Below, one piece after another: positions 1 to 11,912 of a stretch of DNA of 20,000 nt. Source of the stretch: Folioceros fuciformis. Lineage: Eukaryota. The position numbers and the translations under genes were made by a program. Positions within the stretch are counted from its first letter, which is position 1. Every line of letters begins with the position of its first letter. A model generated the notes under the pieces. That model was not told the origin of the DNA. It ran no database searches and worked only from the letters and a program-made list of their open reading frames with translations. The stretch is from contig JBNGIO010005876.1 in assembly GCA_049999805.1 (NCBI GenBank), forward strand, positions 72,379 through 92,378, in the 5' to 3' direction.

Positions 1-1301
1 GCTGCCGTGACAGTAACCTCCACATCCAGGATCTCGGTCTTGGTCATCTTGGCAGTAGGGGACAATCACGAAGAGAACAAACGGTTTCTGGAAACACTTG
101 GCACGGGTGAGGTCTGAGGTCGTCAAGCCTGGACAGTCGCGACGAACCAAAACGAATGCAAGATAAGGAGCATTGAGTACCACGTAGCTTTGAAGTGCCG
201 AAGCTGCACTCTAGGCACCTGCGTTGCCAGCCAGATCGAGCGTCACTCCGACTGCTGGCTTTGGGTTCTGCCTTTCCTCAATTTTATTCTGCAGCTCTCT
301 CTCTTGCATGCACTGTACAGAGCTGCCAGTGATCAGCAGACGTGCGGTGAGGCCACGGGGGCGGAGAATTTTAGTAATGAAGGCCCCAACCTGCAGAATG
401 TAGGGGTGGATGGAGTTAGATGCCTTCGCACAACAAGTCACTCCCCACAGTCGTCAATCAGCCTTCTTTCCTATGTCAAGTTCCAGGGTGTACCTTCTGA
501 AATCCTTCGGAAGCAGTCTCAATTTGGCTTGCGCTGTTGATTGCAACAGTCAGATACTGCTTCTTTCAGGCTATCCGATGCGATGTTCGACGGACCGTGT
601 TCCTTCTGAAACTCGTTGGGGGATGTCTACATTCCGATAGCACTGTTGAGAGCAATAGTCGTGCCATAGTAGCACTTTGGCTTATCCGCTCAGTACCTCG
701 ACAAACAGGAGAACTAGACTTCTCAAGCTGCTTCAAACCTGGCCAGCGGAAGCGGGGCTGCAAGAACCTAGACTGTGCAGAAGTAGAAATTCCCGGCGAC
801 GAGCTCCTCCGGAGCCAGCACATGCCGGCAGAGGGTCCCAGGCGACCGGGGGCTCCGCATCCGCCTGTAGGATAGCACGCGAGTAGGCGTTCTACATCAG
901 ATTCTCCACACCGCGCCGCAAAGCCTGCAGCGGCTCAGCCCTTCCGACCGCATCAGCACAGGCAAGTGAATGAAAATCTCTGCACTCGCCACATCTTTGT
1001 GTTAGGAAAAAATGTCGTAGAGGATTTGCAGACGTGAAATCTGGCGGCCCCGACTGCCAGCTTCTGGATGGCGGGATGCGCACGCACATGCGGGGGAAGG
1101 ACCTCCTGCACCGCCGTCTCGGTCATGGTGCGGAGCAGGCGGAATGCAGGCGCCGTTGTACCGCCTCACGTGGGAGTACAAGTCCGCGTCCCGGCCGCAG
1201 CTTTCGACGTCCTCTCACCTGGTCAGACACGCGCGTACGCATCCATAGTGGCCTAGCATCAGGAATTCGAGCACCCGAGAGCTCACGGCCCCGGCGGGCA
1301 T
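1..1301 (-). CDS. Probable spliced gene of unknown product, runs off the left edge; 5' exons uncertain
   Basis: Phase-compatible GT-AG introns at 493..391 (103 nt) and 218..129 (90 nt) join ...INSASQIETASEGFQK | VGAFITKILRPRG...DLAGNA | GLTTSDLTRAKCFQKPFVLFVIVP.... Further splice-like sites near 1218 (CAG/GTGAG) and 695, but I could not build one continuous upstream frame. No family recognised. Confidence 0.35.
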
Positions 1302-1759
1302 GACGCCGATGTAGTAGTACCCGATGACGACGAAGGGCTCCAACAGTCCTGCACCGCTCCGGGACGAAACGTGAAACGCCTCCGGCCGCCGCTTTGTACA
1401 GAGCAATCGAGACAATGGAGAATCCCTCTGCTTGTCACAAGCTCTGGCACACACCTAAAAGTCTTTGCCTACGAGCTCATGAATTTCAAGAGCAAATATA
1501 TTATTAAAAAAACAAGCCCACGGGCCCAACTAGGGCCCGCGGGGTATGGAGACACCGCCGCAAATCCAGTAGCCGAAGGGTCTGCAGAGCTCGGGCTTCC
1601 GGAGACCCTTCAGATCGCTGTCAACATCAGTGAAATCCAAGACAGGAGAGATCGTGTTCAGCAAGCACGCATTTCGGCAGTTCCTTGAGCCGTGCTTTAG
1701 AACGCCTTGCGATGGAGTTTGCTTGGACTGTTAGCACGGCGGTCACAGAAGCTCATGGC

Positions 1760-2128
1760 TCAAGAAGGAGAAGCTTGTTGGCTTTCCAATAGGCGAGTGA
1801 TCCAGTCCGCGACCACGTCCCCATGGCAGGCCAGGGGCTTGCAGTAGCAGGCCAGCTTGAGCTCAGGGTTTCCAGGTTGCGCCAGATGCACCAGCTGCAT
1901 CAGGTGCTCGAACTGCGGGTTGGTGCGGCCAGCAAGCCCCTCGCTTACCAGCTGCCCCAGCCAGCTCCTGTACTTGGCCACAACGTCCTGCCTGTCCCCG
2001 TCCACCCCGATCTTGAAAGGGTTGCCCAGCGGAGATCCCGCCAGATTGAACTTGGGGTTCCGCCTCCCGATGTAAACCACGCCTTCGCCTCTCCACCCCT
2101 CCTTGTACCCGTTCACTGCTCGCACCAT
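1760..2128 (-). CDS. DUF4326-domain protein, intronless, 122 aa
   Basis: Motifs VYIGR...SPLGNPF.IG.DGDR..VV.KYR.WL and the C-terminal LACYCKPLACHGDVV match the DUF4326 signature (YIGR / W-or-L-GNPF / LxCxCxPxxCHGD). Clean ATG-to-TGA ORF with GC-rich codons. Confidence 0.85.
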   Translation of the reverse strand: MVRAVNGYKEGWRGEGVVYIGRRNPKFNLAGSPLGNPFKIGVDGDRQDVVAKYRSWLGQLVSEGLAGRTNPQFEHLMQLVHLAQPGNPELKLACYCKPLACHGDVVADWITRLLESQQASPS

Positions 2129-2617
2129 AGCCGCGGCCCGCGCACCACTGCAGCTGGTATGCGTGTGTTGAGAACCTGAGGCAGTGCACGGGAGGGTGAA
2201 AGGGCTGCGAAGTCATGGTCTGCATGTGCATCTCACACCAGCGTAGGAGCTACGGCACATCCAAGCCGACTTACCAAACTGCCCGGAGCCTTCCTGCTCT
2301 CAGTCACAGAGATCTTATCCGAGCCCAGATATTTGCAGACTGTGCCATTTGCCTCAAAAGCAGACACTTCACTGTTGAGTTTGCATTTTGCGCCGGGCAG
2401 GAGGAAGGGTCGCAGGGTCTGGAGGGCCTGGAATCCGTACTGGGCCCTGACAGACTGTAGTGCGGAGATGGAAGGCTGTTGCTGGGCCTGAATGCAGCTG
2501 CCGGTGTTGCTGGGAGCAGGATGCGGGCTAGGGTAGCCGGAGTGCGGTGACTGTGCAGCCGGGCGGCGAAGGAAATACAAGCAGAAGTTCCGCATGCCGG
2601 GGTGCGGAGGGAGAGCA

Positions 2618-4685
2618 ATGGCTCAGGCTCTGGGGCTGAAGCCGTCCGTGATGGTGCCGTCGGGGCACCCGCTGTCGTCGCTCTCCGCCACCAACTGCGC
2701 CAGGCCGCTGCAACAGCGCTGCGCGCACCTGGCGCACGGCCTCAGATTGTGCTCAGCTACGGCCTCNNNNNNNNNNNNNNNNNNNNNNNNNNNNNNNNNN
2801 NNNNNNNNNNNNNNNNNNNNNNNNNNNNNNNNNNNNNNNNNNNNNNNNNNNNNNNNNNNNNNNNNNCTGAGGGAAGTGGAACTGGAGAGTGGTGCTGATT
2901 CCGACGGGTCAGAGGAGAAGCCTGGAGCCTGGAAGTGGGCCATCCGGAAGAAGATTTGGGACTTGCTGGAGGCCGAGAACTTGGCCCAAAGCCCGCGGCC
3001 TGTGCACCATCGGATTCCGAATTTCGTGGGTGCGAATGTGGCAGCTACCAAGGTGCTGCTCCTGTCAATGTCTGTGCTTTTGGGTTTTGGTGGATTTTCT
3101 TCCATTGTCTGGACGGTGCGGTGCTGAATCTTCTGTGCATCCTCAACATTGTGGAACTGTCCTAGGTGGCAAGTCTGCCAGAATTTGTGGCTGCCAAGAC
3201 TGTGAAAGTGAATCCGGATACTCCCCAGAAATTGGTGCGACGCTTGGTCTTGGCTGGTGAGAGCCTTAAGCGTTTTGAGTGAAGAGTATCGGATTTGCCT
3301 CCGCAAATGGCCTGAAGGATCCCGGCTTGAGCATGGGTGCAGAGGGCAAGAAGATGATAACTCCACAGCCTCGGCTTCGGACAGGCTTCTTTTCGTTGTT
3401 GGATCCTGCCGTTCTGTCTTCCGAAGCGATTAGGGAGTGTGTCACCTCAGCAGCGGTAGCCAAGCACGGGAAGCCCCTCACTGTCAAGGCGGACTTGAAG
3501 GTGGATCTGCTTGTTATCGGGTCTGTGGCTGTGGATCCTGCAACTGGTGCCCGTCTCGGGAAAGGAGAGGTAGAGGATGCAGCATGCGTTTCCTGGCTTG
3601 TGATTGTTTAGTGTGCCTTCACGTCAACTCTCCATTCAGCTCCTTTGGGCAATCTGCGATAGGGTTTTGCAGAGTTGGAGTATGGTCTGCTGCGCTACAT
3701 GGGTGCAATCGATGACTCCACTCTAATCGTCACGTCAGGTAGTCTACTTACTCTTCTTCGGTTGTTGGAAGGATGCACCCTCACGAGTCTCTCTCGGTAT
3801 GATCTGCTACTGATTGTGCCCCTGATGAGAGGGATGTGCGTTGTCAGTGCATGATAAGCAGCTGGTGGACAACATACCAGTGGAAAAGCTTCTTGTACAT
3901 GACGTCCCGGTGGACATCATCTGCACTCCTACCCAAGTCATCCGCACCAACACAACTATTCCGAAACCTACAGGTAACTCCATGCCATCTGGAATCAGCT
4001 GTAGAATGACTGCTGTTTCTGGCTTCTGTGAGGGACTGGAGCAAGGGAGCTGAGGACAGGAATGGCCTTCGGGGGGCACACAGGTATCTACTGGGACAAA
4101 CTGTCTCCAGAGAAGCTGAGCCAGATCAAAGTACTCAGGGACTTAAAGAGGCAGATCGAAGCTGAAACAGGGAAAAAGCTACCCACAGGGCCGAGTGAAA
4201 CACTACCTCCAGTGGCCAAAAGGGTTCCTATTGGCAAGGCTCGAGAACTCCCTCTCAAAGAGAAGCTCGTGCTCTGGTATCTGGATCCCAAGGTAACATG
4301 GTTTGATGTGAAGCAGCACGTAGAAAAGGTGGGAGGAGTCGTAGACAGCGTGACCATGTTCGGGGCAAGGACTGGGACACCAAAGCAAGCCGCTCGGGTG
4401 ACTCTGAAAGCAGGAGGGACTGCTCCGGTAGAAAAGCTGGCCGAATCTCTCCGGGCCTCGGTTCTGAAAGGCTCCCATGTCAGGGCCAGAGTTCTCCTAC
4501 CCAAGGACGGTGCTTCAGAATCGGTGGCGGACATCATAGATGAACAGGAGACAACAGTGCTGTGTACAGCCTCAAACACGGCGGGCGGGCCAGCATCCCG
4601 CGACTCCGAGTCTGAGCCTTCTCCAACAGAAGTAGCTGTTATCGCTACCGCCCAACATGTACGAATGCCCCACTGCCGTCCTTGA
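2618..4685 (+). CDS. COG0212: 5-formyltetrahydrofolate cyclo-ligase-like protein COG0212 / MTHFSD homolog, with plastid transit peptide and C-terminal RRM-like domain
   Basis: Exons 2618-3052 (includes N gap 2767-2866), 3166-3256, 3343-3569, 3663-3738, 3848-3973, then 4084-4658 if spliced or 4084-4685 if unspliced. All introns are GT-AG and phase-consistent. Motifs [40 protein letters not shown]...[40 protein letters not shown]. The Ser/Ala/Arg-rich N-terminus resembles a transit peptide. Confidence 0.92.
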
Positions 4686-4760
4686 CTCCCCGGCCAGATT
4701 AGTGAAGCGGGCCCTCGCGACAGGTCGTGGTAAAGTGTTGGTTCTAACGCTCTCATGCAG

Positions 4761-5315
4761 AGTGCACAGACTCGTCGACAGGCTCTCTGTTCTCTCTGCC
4801 TTGGAGCTCTCTCTCTGGCTGCTGATTCCCGCCAAGAAGCCCAGGCCCTCTTGGACAACACCCCTGGCTGCCGAAACTGTGGTGGCTCCGGTGCCGTTCT
4901 CTGTAAGTACTGCGTCCTTCATCCTCTCTGCATGTAACCTTGAAGGTAGTGCCGTCCCTCCAACTACATCGTCTGAACCCGCGATCTCGTGCTTCTGGCC
5001 AGGCGACATGTGTGGAGGGACTGGCAAGTGGAAGGCCCTCAACAGGAAGCGAGCCAAGGACATCTACGAGTTCACCGAATGCCCTAACTGCTACGGTATA
5101 TTCCTTCCTGATTCGAATCTCTGGAACGTGCTCTTGTTGCCGGCCAATCGTAGCCAACACCGTGCACTGATTTCCTCCTCGCAGGACGCGGCAAGCTCGT
5201 CTGCCCGGTCTGCCTCGGCACGGGCGTGTTCAATAACAAGGGGCTGCTTCGCAGACCCGAGGCCAAGGAGCTCCTGGACAAAATGTACCATGGTAGGTTG
5301 CTGCCGAGCAGCTAG
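4761..5315 (+). CDS. PSA2: PHOTOSYSTEM I ASSEMBLY 2 (DnaJ-type zinc-finger thylakoid lumen protein) exons; no independent first exon found
   Basis: Exons 4761-4902, 5003-5095, 5185-5315 give [121 protein letters not shown]. It has a twin-Arg Tat signal with an AxA site and four CxxCxGxG repeats, nearly identical to Arabidopsis PSA2/EDA3 as remembered. Confidence 0.93.
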
Positions 5316-6620
5316 CCGTTGCGTGTGTCCCGTCCTCCGTGCAATCACACCTTTTTTGTGGGGTTCACCCCGTCCGGTAGTAGAGACCATGGAAGCTTGT
5401 GCCTTTGCCAAAACGAGCCGTGGCCAACCCACGACGTCAGACAAGAGCACCAACAGTAACGACACGAAGTGCGTGAAGTGGGCCGCATCACGAAAACCAA
5501 CCACCTGTGTGGGCGGAGTACGGCCACCTCCAGAAACTGTGGTCTGTCACGAGAGCACACTTGCGTTGCGGATAGTGCTGCTGGAACAGAGAACTGTACC
5601 GAAGGGGCGGGGAAGCCGCCAGGAACCTCCGCGACGCTAAGGTTAAAGGAATTTCACCTACTGTACCAGCGGGATTTGAAGGCACGGCTGTGCAACAGAC
5701 ACGCGGAGTGGGGGAGATCCGCGACGCAGCCGGAGCGATTCAGCTCGGGCGCCGCGAGGCTGTATTGAATGTGGTAGGCCAGCTGCTGTGGCAGTGGGCG
5801 TGTGTCTGTGCCAGAGTGTTTCGTTGGTGAACGTGGATAGAATAAGACAGTAGCAGTCGGGCTTAGAAGCCTGATGTTGACACAGTCCTGTGACGCAAGA
5901 ATCCGTGTGCTACCGACCTCGACTGGGAGTGTGAACTTTCGAGGCAACTGGAGTCTTGTGGTCGGCTTGACCCATGTTTGTTGCACCCTTGTCTGATGTC
6001 AGTCAAGGTTCTGTGATGGCTACTCCTGCTTCTTGCCCCTATTAGCCTCTGGGATTATGCCCCAGGGTCCCGAATATCAGTGCCGGCCGGCCTTCTCTTG
6101 TCGCTCGCTGCCCTGACTTTGCGTCGGGTCTGTGACAATTAGTTCGTTTGAGATTTGGCGCCCCGACAGGCGGCGGTTTCGGTTTTGCAACCACTGCTCG
6201 GGCTGGGATTGAAGTCCTATTGGCAGGAACTTGTATTTGCTTTGGGCCTGGTGCTCGATTTTGGCCTTGGGCTGTCCGCTTGCTCCGAGACTCCTTTGTG
6301 TCTCTTCTTTGCTGAGTTGCGGGTCTGCATGTTGCGATTCTCTGCCCTGCAAGTGTTGAGGGTGCTAGCTCTGGTGGAGAAGGAACGTCCGCGGCGTGTC
6401 GGAAGCTGCCAGGTGCCGGGATGAACTTTGCGTGCAGAATTTGAGATTTGGGCGGGTGGATTTGGAGGTCCCGGTGGCAGGTTGGGGAGCTGCAAGCCGT
6501 TTGGTGAAGTTGTTGAAAAGGTGGCGAACAGAGTTTTCAAGATGCATGGTGGAAGACAGCGCTGTGGGAATGCTGCAAAGGGTAGAGGAGAGCGGGACTG
6601 TGGTGTGAGTGCCCACCAGC

Positions 6621-8105
6621 ATGTGCTTCCCCAAGCGTGCAACTCCGTCCAAGCCTGGGTGTGCTAAGGGACCGACAGAAAACACGGCGCGTAAGCAGAT
6701 TATGAAAAATGAACTCAGGCACATGGGTCCAGCAAGCCGAGCGGCACCAGCTGTTCATCAGGCCAGGGCTAAACCGCCCAGATTCCAGGAGCATCGGAGT
6801 TTAAATCCGTCGAGCAGCACGTCGTCGGGTCGGCAGTCGGGCTTCTCCAGGGAGTCTGCCAGCAGCGGGTCTCTGGCGGGAGTGAGACAGCTCGTGTCGG
6901 ATGGGGCTGTGGTGTACAGGCACAAGGAACTCAGCAGGGCCACAGACCATTTCAGCAGTTCCATGAACATCCCAGGCTCCAAGTCGGTGTTCCGCGCTTC
7001 TCTTATGGGGGTGGAGGTGGCAGTGACGCGGAAGAAACATGAAGGACAGGGTATGGACTTTCTGGCAGAGCTCAAGCTTCTTTGCAGTGTGCACCATACC
7101 AACATCGTGAAGCTCTTGGGGGGATGCTTTGTGAAAGGAGACTGTGTGTACCTGGTTCATGAACTGGCAGAAGGTGCTAATCTCAGGCACGCCCTTCGCA
7201 GTCCTCACAATCCGGGCTTCTGCCTTCTGGCATCTTTGGCATCCAGGCTGCAGGTAATCGCCGTCTGGCCTCAGGGTGATGTTTCTTTTCCATTCCTGCA
7301 TGGCTTGTGGACACTTGTTGCATGACAGTGACATGCATTACCTGGTGCGAGCTGCCAGGTTGGTTTGGATGTGGCCAAGGCTCTGGAATACCTTCACGAG
7401 TATGCCTACCCAACCTTCGTCCACAGGTTCGTACAGAGCTCCAACGTTATCATTGACAATGACCTGAGGGCCAAGATTGCAAAGTTCGGTGTCTCCAAGT
7501 TGATCGGAGACACAGTCAGTCAAACACCCACTCCAGATCCCTCCTCCAGATCAAGCGGCGAGCACTCAATATTCAGCGGTGAGATACAGCCGTCAACTGG
7601 TGCTGGAGGATCCGGAAGGAGTAGCCCGTTGGCAATAGCGCGACCCAGAAGCGGCCGGATTATAGGGACTAAGGGTTACATGCCTCCAGAGTACTGCTCC
7701 TCGGGCATTGTGAGCGTCAAGTATGACGTTTTTTCTTTCGGGGTGATTTTGCTGGAGCTCCTATCTGGCCAGGAGCCCCTTGTCTACGTTCCGGACAAAG
7801 ATCAGAACTCCGTCACCGTGAATTCCGTCACCGATGCAATTTCTTACATCATGGAAGACAGCAATGACAGCAGGACGAGGCTGAGGAAGTGGATGGATCC
7901 TCTTCTTCGAGACCAATACTCTCTTGATCATGCGTACCAGGCTGCAGCTCTTGCCAAGTCCTGTGTGGACCCAGACCCAACAATCCGCCCCCACATGCGG
8001 GATGTGGCTGTTAAACTGTCTAAGCTCCTGACAGCTACCACAGTGTGGGAGACTAACTTGGCTAGCGCCAAGAACGCGATGAGTGGCCCAGTCGAGGCAA
8101 GATGA
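6621..8105 (+). CDS. LysM-RLK-related receptor-like cytoplasmic (pseudo)kinase
   Basis: Exons 6621-7253 and 7359-8105 (105-nt GT-AG intron). Kinase subdomains ELKLLCSVHHTNIVKLLG, GLDVAKALEYLHE, GTKGYMPPEY, DVFSFGVILLELLSGQEP, LRKWMDPLL, CVDPDPTIRP. No signal peptide, LysM or transmembrane segment. Confidence 0.88.
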
Positions 8106-9095
8106 AGACAAAGCTTGGGCATTGCTGCTGCTTTAACTGCTGATGCCACCACTGGCAGGTCCTGGTTCTCAACTCAATGCTTGGCCTGGAGGGTTCTCCA
8201 CATGTTTCGCGTGGGCAGTTCTCGGATGAAAGCGTAGAAGGCTGGTCGCTTGACAATGCGGAAGTCACCAGCCAAGACTTGGGTCGTGAATTGTGAGGCA
8301 TACGTGATCCAGGTCTTCGGCAGACGTCACAAAGTCCTGGTCACAAGAGAGAAATCTGTGACCAGTTTGGGTTGCAGAGGTGTGGGTCACATCTAAAGGC
8401 AACCAGGGCAAGGAAATTCTTGTCCACGAGGAATCTCTCGTGCCACCAGGGTAGATGAGACGACTTACGCCTTTCCGAGCGTGCCAGGACAACTTCAGAA
8501 GTTGTTCCGAACACCAGAATTTCTCGATCCAGTCGAAATATTCATGTGAACATCCAAGGCGGCACGTGCGGTCACGTTCTTCTATTTGAGTTGAGGTAGA
8601 TGTTATTCAAGGCCTCCTAGCCCATGCTATGAGATTCATAGTTCACACAATAAGAGGCTTCCAGTTCGTTGTAGGAGACTGTACTACTAAGTTTCAGTTC
8701 ATTCAAGTCTGGTACGATTTACCAGCTTGTCTAACAATCCGGTTTTATAGGTGATAGCTTTCATAACAATTCGATTCTCTACATAATAGGTTTTCCAAGC
8801 ATTCATCTTTCTGCGTGAGAGCTTTTCTAACCATTCAATTAACATCTCCTTTGCTTTAACAGCCCTTCTAACTATTCATCAGAAGTGGCTATACCATTCC
8901 GGCGTTTTCCATGCTAGCCATTTTGGGCTAAACGACATGCATGTGAATGACAACAGCCAGCCTCAGTTGGGCTGAGACGTTACCAGCACAAAGAATAACG
9001 GTGATGACTACCATTTAGCAAGTACCCGGCAGATCTTCTTTTGTGTATCCACTCGAGCTACGTAGATGAATTCTGAAGTTCAATGTGACTTTGAC

Positions 9096-11169
9096 TTATC
9101 CGGTCGCAATGGTCCGTGCCTTTTCTCGAGGGGGCACTTTTAGCCAAGTCTTGAGAGTTTCGTACGCAGCAAATCCGATAGCCACAGAGGGCACCAACTG
9201 CACACAAGAGGACATTCCAAGGGTCAGTGCAGTAACAGCCAAGGAGAATGAAAGCAGATGGAGAGAGCCTCTTGAAACGCAGTAATATGCTAGCAGCCAT
9301 CTCTCGTTTGACCCGAGACCTTGATGTAGTTAATGCTGAGCCCTGCGTACATCTGCCTCCAGCCGTGAGTGCGGAAAATTGTGACTAGACCATGCCATGT
9401 TCCCTTGTAATGGACAGGGACCAATCCGGATCCTCTGTAAACGCCTTGTACCTGATCGCAGCAACAACTGTTAATTCTTGCAACAAGATGTCAAGGGGAG
9501 AGAGCAGAAACAGAACAAACATGCCTTCTGTAGTCTGTGATGAAATCTACCTGCATTTGTCGCCTGATTACATCAAGAGGATAGGTGCACGTTTGGCCCA
9601 CTAATCCAGCCACTCCTCCACAACCAAGTTTCCAGATTATAGAAGGCTCATCATCGCCTGGTATCTGCTTCTTCAATGATTCATACACAAAAAACTTGAG
9701 ACCAGCATATGGGAAGATTCCCCACAAAGTCGGTCCTGCAAACACAAGATGACAAATAATATGGTATTGCCCGAAAATGGACATGGCTGGAAAGCATGGT
9801 ACATCAATACCAGAAGTCAACCTAAAGAAGGGTCAATCTTAGCTAGCACATTGATACACATACACTTCGATGCCAATTTCAAAACACTTGTGATGTTGCA
9901 ACCGTTTAAGGTCCTCTTGAAGGCACATACCAACCCCTCGGTACAATCCACGGATACCGCTCTCTTTGTAAACCCTGGAGAAGACATCTCCAACACCCTT
10001 ATACACAACACCTCTAAAAGAACTATCCCCTGCTGCAGTGGAACCCGTCTGCCGAGAAACAAACTTGTCAGTGGCCCGCAAAACAATATCTACACATCTG
10101 AGCACCAGCAAAGCACAAAAGCCTTCCCTTGTACTTACATTGCATGCCAATCGAGTACGTGCGAGATCTAACGGGTACGTGCTGATGACCGCTGTTCCCC
10201 CGGCTAATGAACCAGCAATGAGGTCAACCACGGGCCCTGAACCTGCTGGAGGATAGTATTCTATAATCCATCGCCGATATTGCTCATAACTCATAAAGTG
10301 CAGAGCAGCGTATGGAACGACCCTCATGACGTTTGCACCATTCCCTCTGTTCCAAAAACCAGCCTTCTATCTCAGGCCACACAATAATAGGAAAGCAATA
10401 CCGGTAGCCAACAATTTGACAATTGAAACCCGCGCCACACTCATATTTACAGACCGGGTGCTAATTCAAGGTGGAAGACCCACCGGTAGAACCCACGAAT
10501 GCCTTCACTTGTCCATATAGACGTCAAGGACCGCCAGACTCCAAGTGTCTGAAAGTTGCCGTACCTAGTCTGCAGTTCACCAGACTCTGGCTAAGTGCTC
10601 CTCACAAAAAAAAGAACAGCAATACCATGACATGACCTTGAGTTCACGCTTCAAACTCTGCATCCGCCGACCAAGACCACTGCCAAACCACGTACAAGTG
10701 ATTCCTGTCGGCAAGCCAACCGTGAGAATGTGCGACATACAGTACCAGAGTACCAAGCTTGATGGACCTTCCAGCTTAAGATATAGCGTCAATTACCTTC
10801 GAAACCCTAAAAGAGCTACGAAAATACTGTCTCTTCCACAACAATTCACAATGACCTCAACAGCAGGTTGAAGTGAAACAATTTCCGACACTGGACCAAC
10901 GTCCCCAAGCATTTCCAGTGACAGGCAGTGCTCTCGTCTGAAGCACTAGCACAGGAAAGCAAAGCGCTAACCTGGTAAAGTATCTTAACACGCTCAAGAG
11001 GAGCCACGGCAGACTTAGCAAATCCGCCAGCCACACCTCCAGCTATTAGCTCCTTCGCATAGGTCGGCATCGAATCCCTCCAAGAATCCAGGCTCTCGTC
11101 CGTTTCAGCCATTGCCACAGTCCTGCTGTAATCCGGATTAGAAACCAAACTCCGGGCTCCGGGGTCCAT
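9096..11169 (-). CDS. COAC: Mitochondrial carrier family protein, CoA transporter CoAc1/CoAc2 (SLC25A16/Leu5-like)
   Basis: Seven exons 11169-10972, 10569-10484, 10346-10139, 10048-9931, 9735-9551, 9451-9320, 9197-9096, all GT-AG and in phase. Three carrier signatures ([30 protein letters not shown]), [27 protein letters not shown], and C-terminus WLKVPPREK. Alternative start at 11112 (MAETD). Confidence 0.92.
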
Positions 11170-11912
11170 CCTTCCGGAGTGACCGAAATCCACGGTATTA
11201 GAGTCTTTCGATCACCACAGAATTTTCCAGCGGTGATTCTGAGTTGGACAATGAGAAGCTTCTCCCCACACGCGAATTTCGCCAATCCTGCCCCACGACT
11301 AAAACATCGAGGCACCAGAAGGATAACATCCACGATTCCTCCGATTCTGCCGACGAAGAGTTGCAAACCTAGAAGACAACATCAACCTCCAAGCAACAAC
11401 CCCATCCTGGACATGCCAGACTCCACCACCGTGTCTGATCCAGCTTCTTCACCCTCTCACTGCCCAATCCGTAGCCTATAGACAATACCGTGCCGAATCT
11501 CCAGGGCATCTTCCTATCACTTGCGGCACTCAGAATGACGAGACAGCGGTTGCCTGGGATCCTGCTCACCGCAAGATCTTCAGAGCACACCCCATGCCTC
11601 CATCTATTGCCGGCGAACATGGGCAGAAGTATGGCAGATTTTCCAAGCAGTTGGGGATCTGACACCGAGTCTGAGGAAGGTAAGTGGCAACCCGGGCTTC
11701 CACCTGACGAAGAAAAAATGCAGCACCGCGCACAGCATTCGAACACGCAACATACACAAGGCATCACGGCCGCACTAGCCGCGGCAACTGGAATTTCAGG
11801 CCAGTTTCTGGATGGCCCACCAGAGCGTGGTGCACACCGGCCCGGCCTGAACGGGTCGGGTAACGGGCTGACGGGATCAGAAATTACGTGGATGGCCACA
11901 CATAAGGCTTTC

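Noticed and set aside
760-860. Minus-strand peptide RHVLAPEELVAGNFYF resembling a PADRE/DUF4228 motif
   Set aside because: Too short and immediately followed by a stop; cannot be supported without a profile search.
4088-4861. 257-aa minus-strand ORF (also 2623-3366 minus)
   Set aside because: Antisense shadows of the GC-rich COG0212/PSA2 exons with no recognisable motifs.
4657-5640. 327-aa plus-strand ORF
   Set aside because: It reads through PSA2 introns; only 5003-5095 is in the true frame. The spliced model explains the homology.
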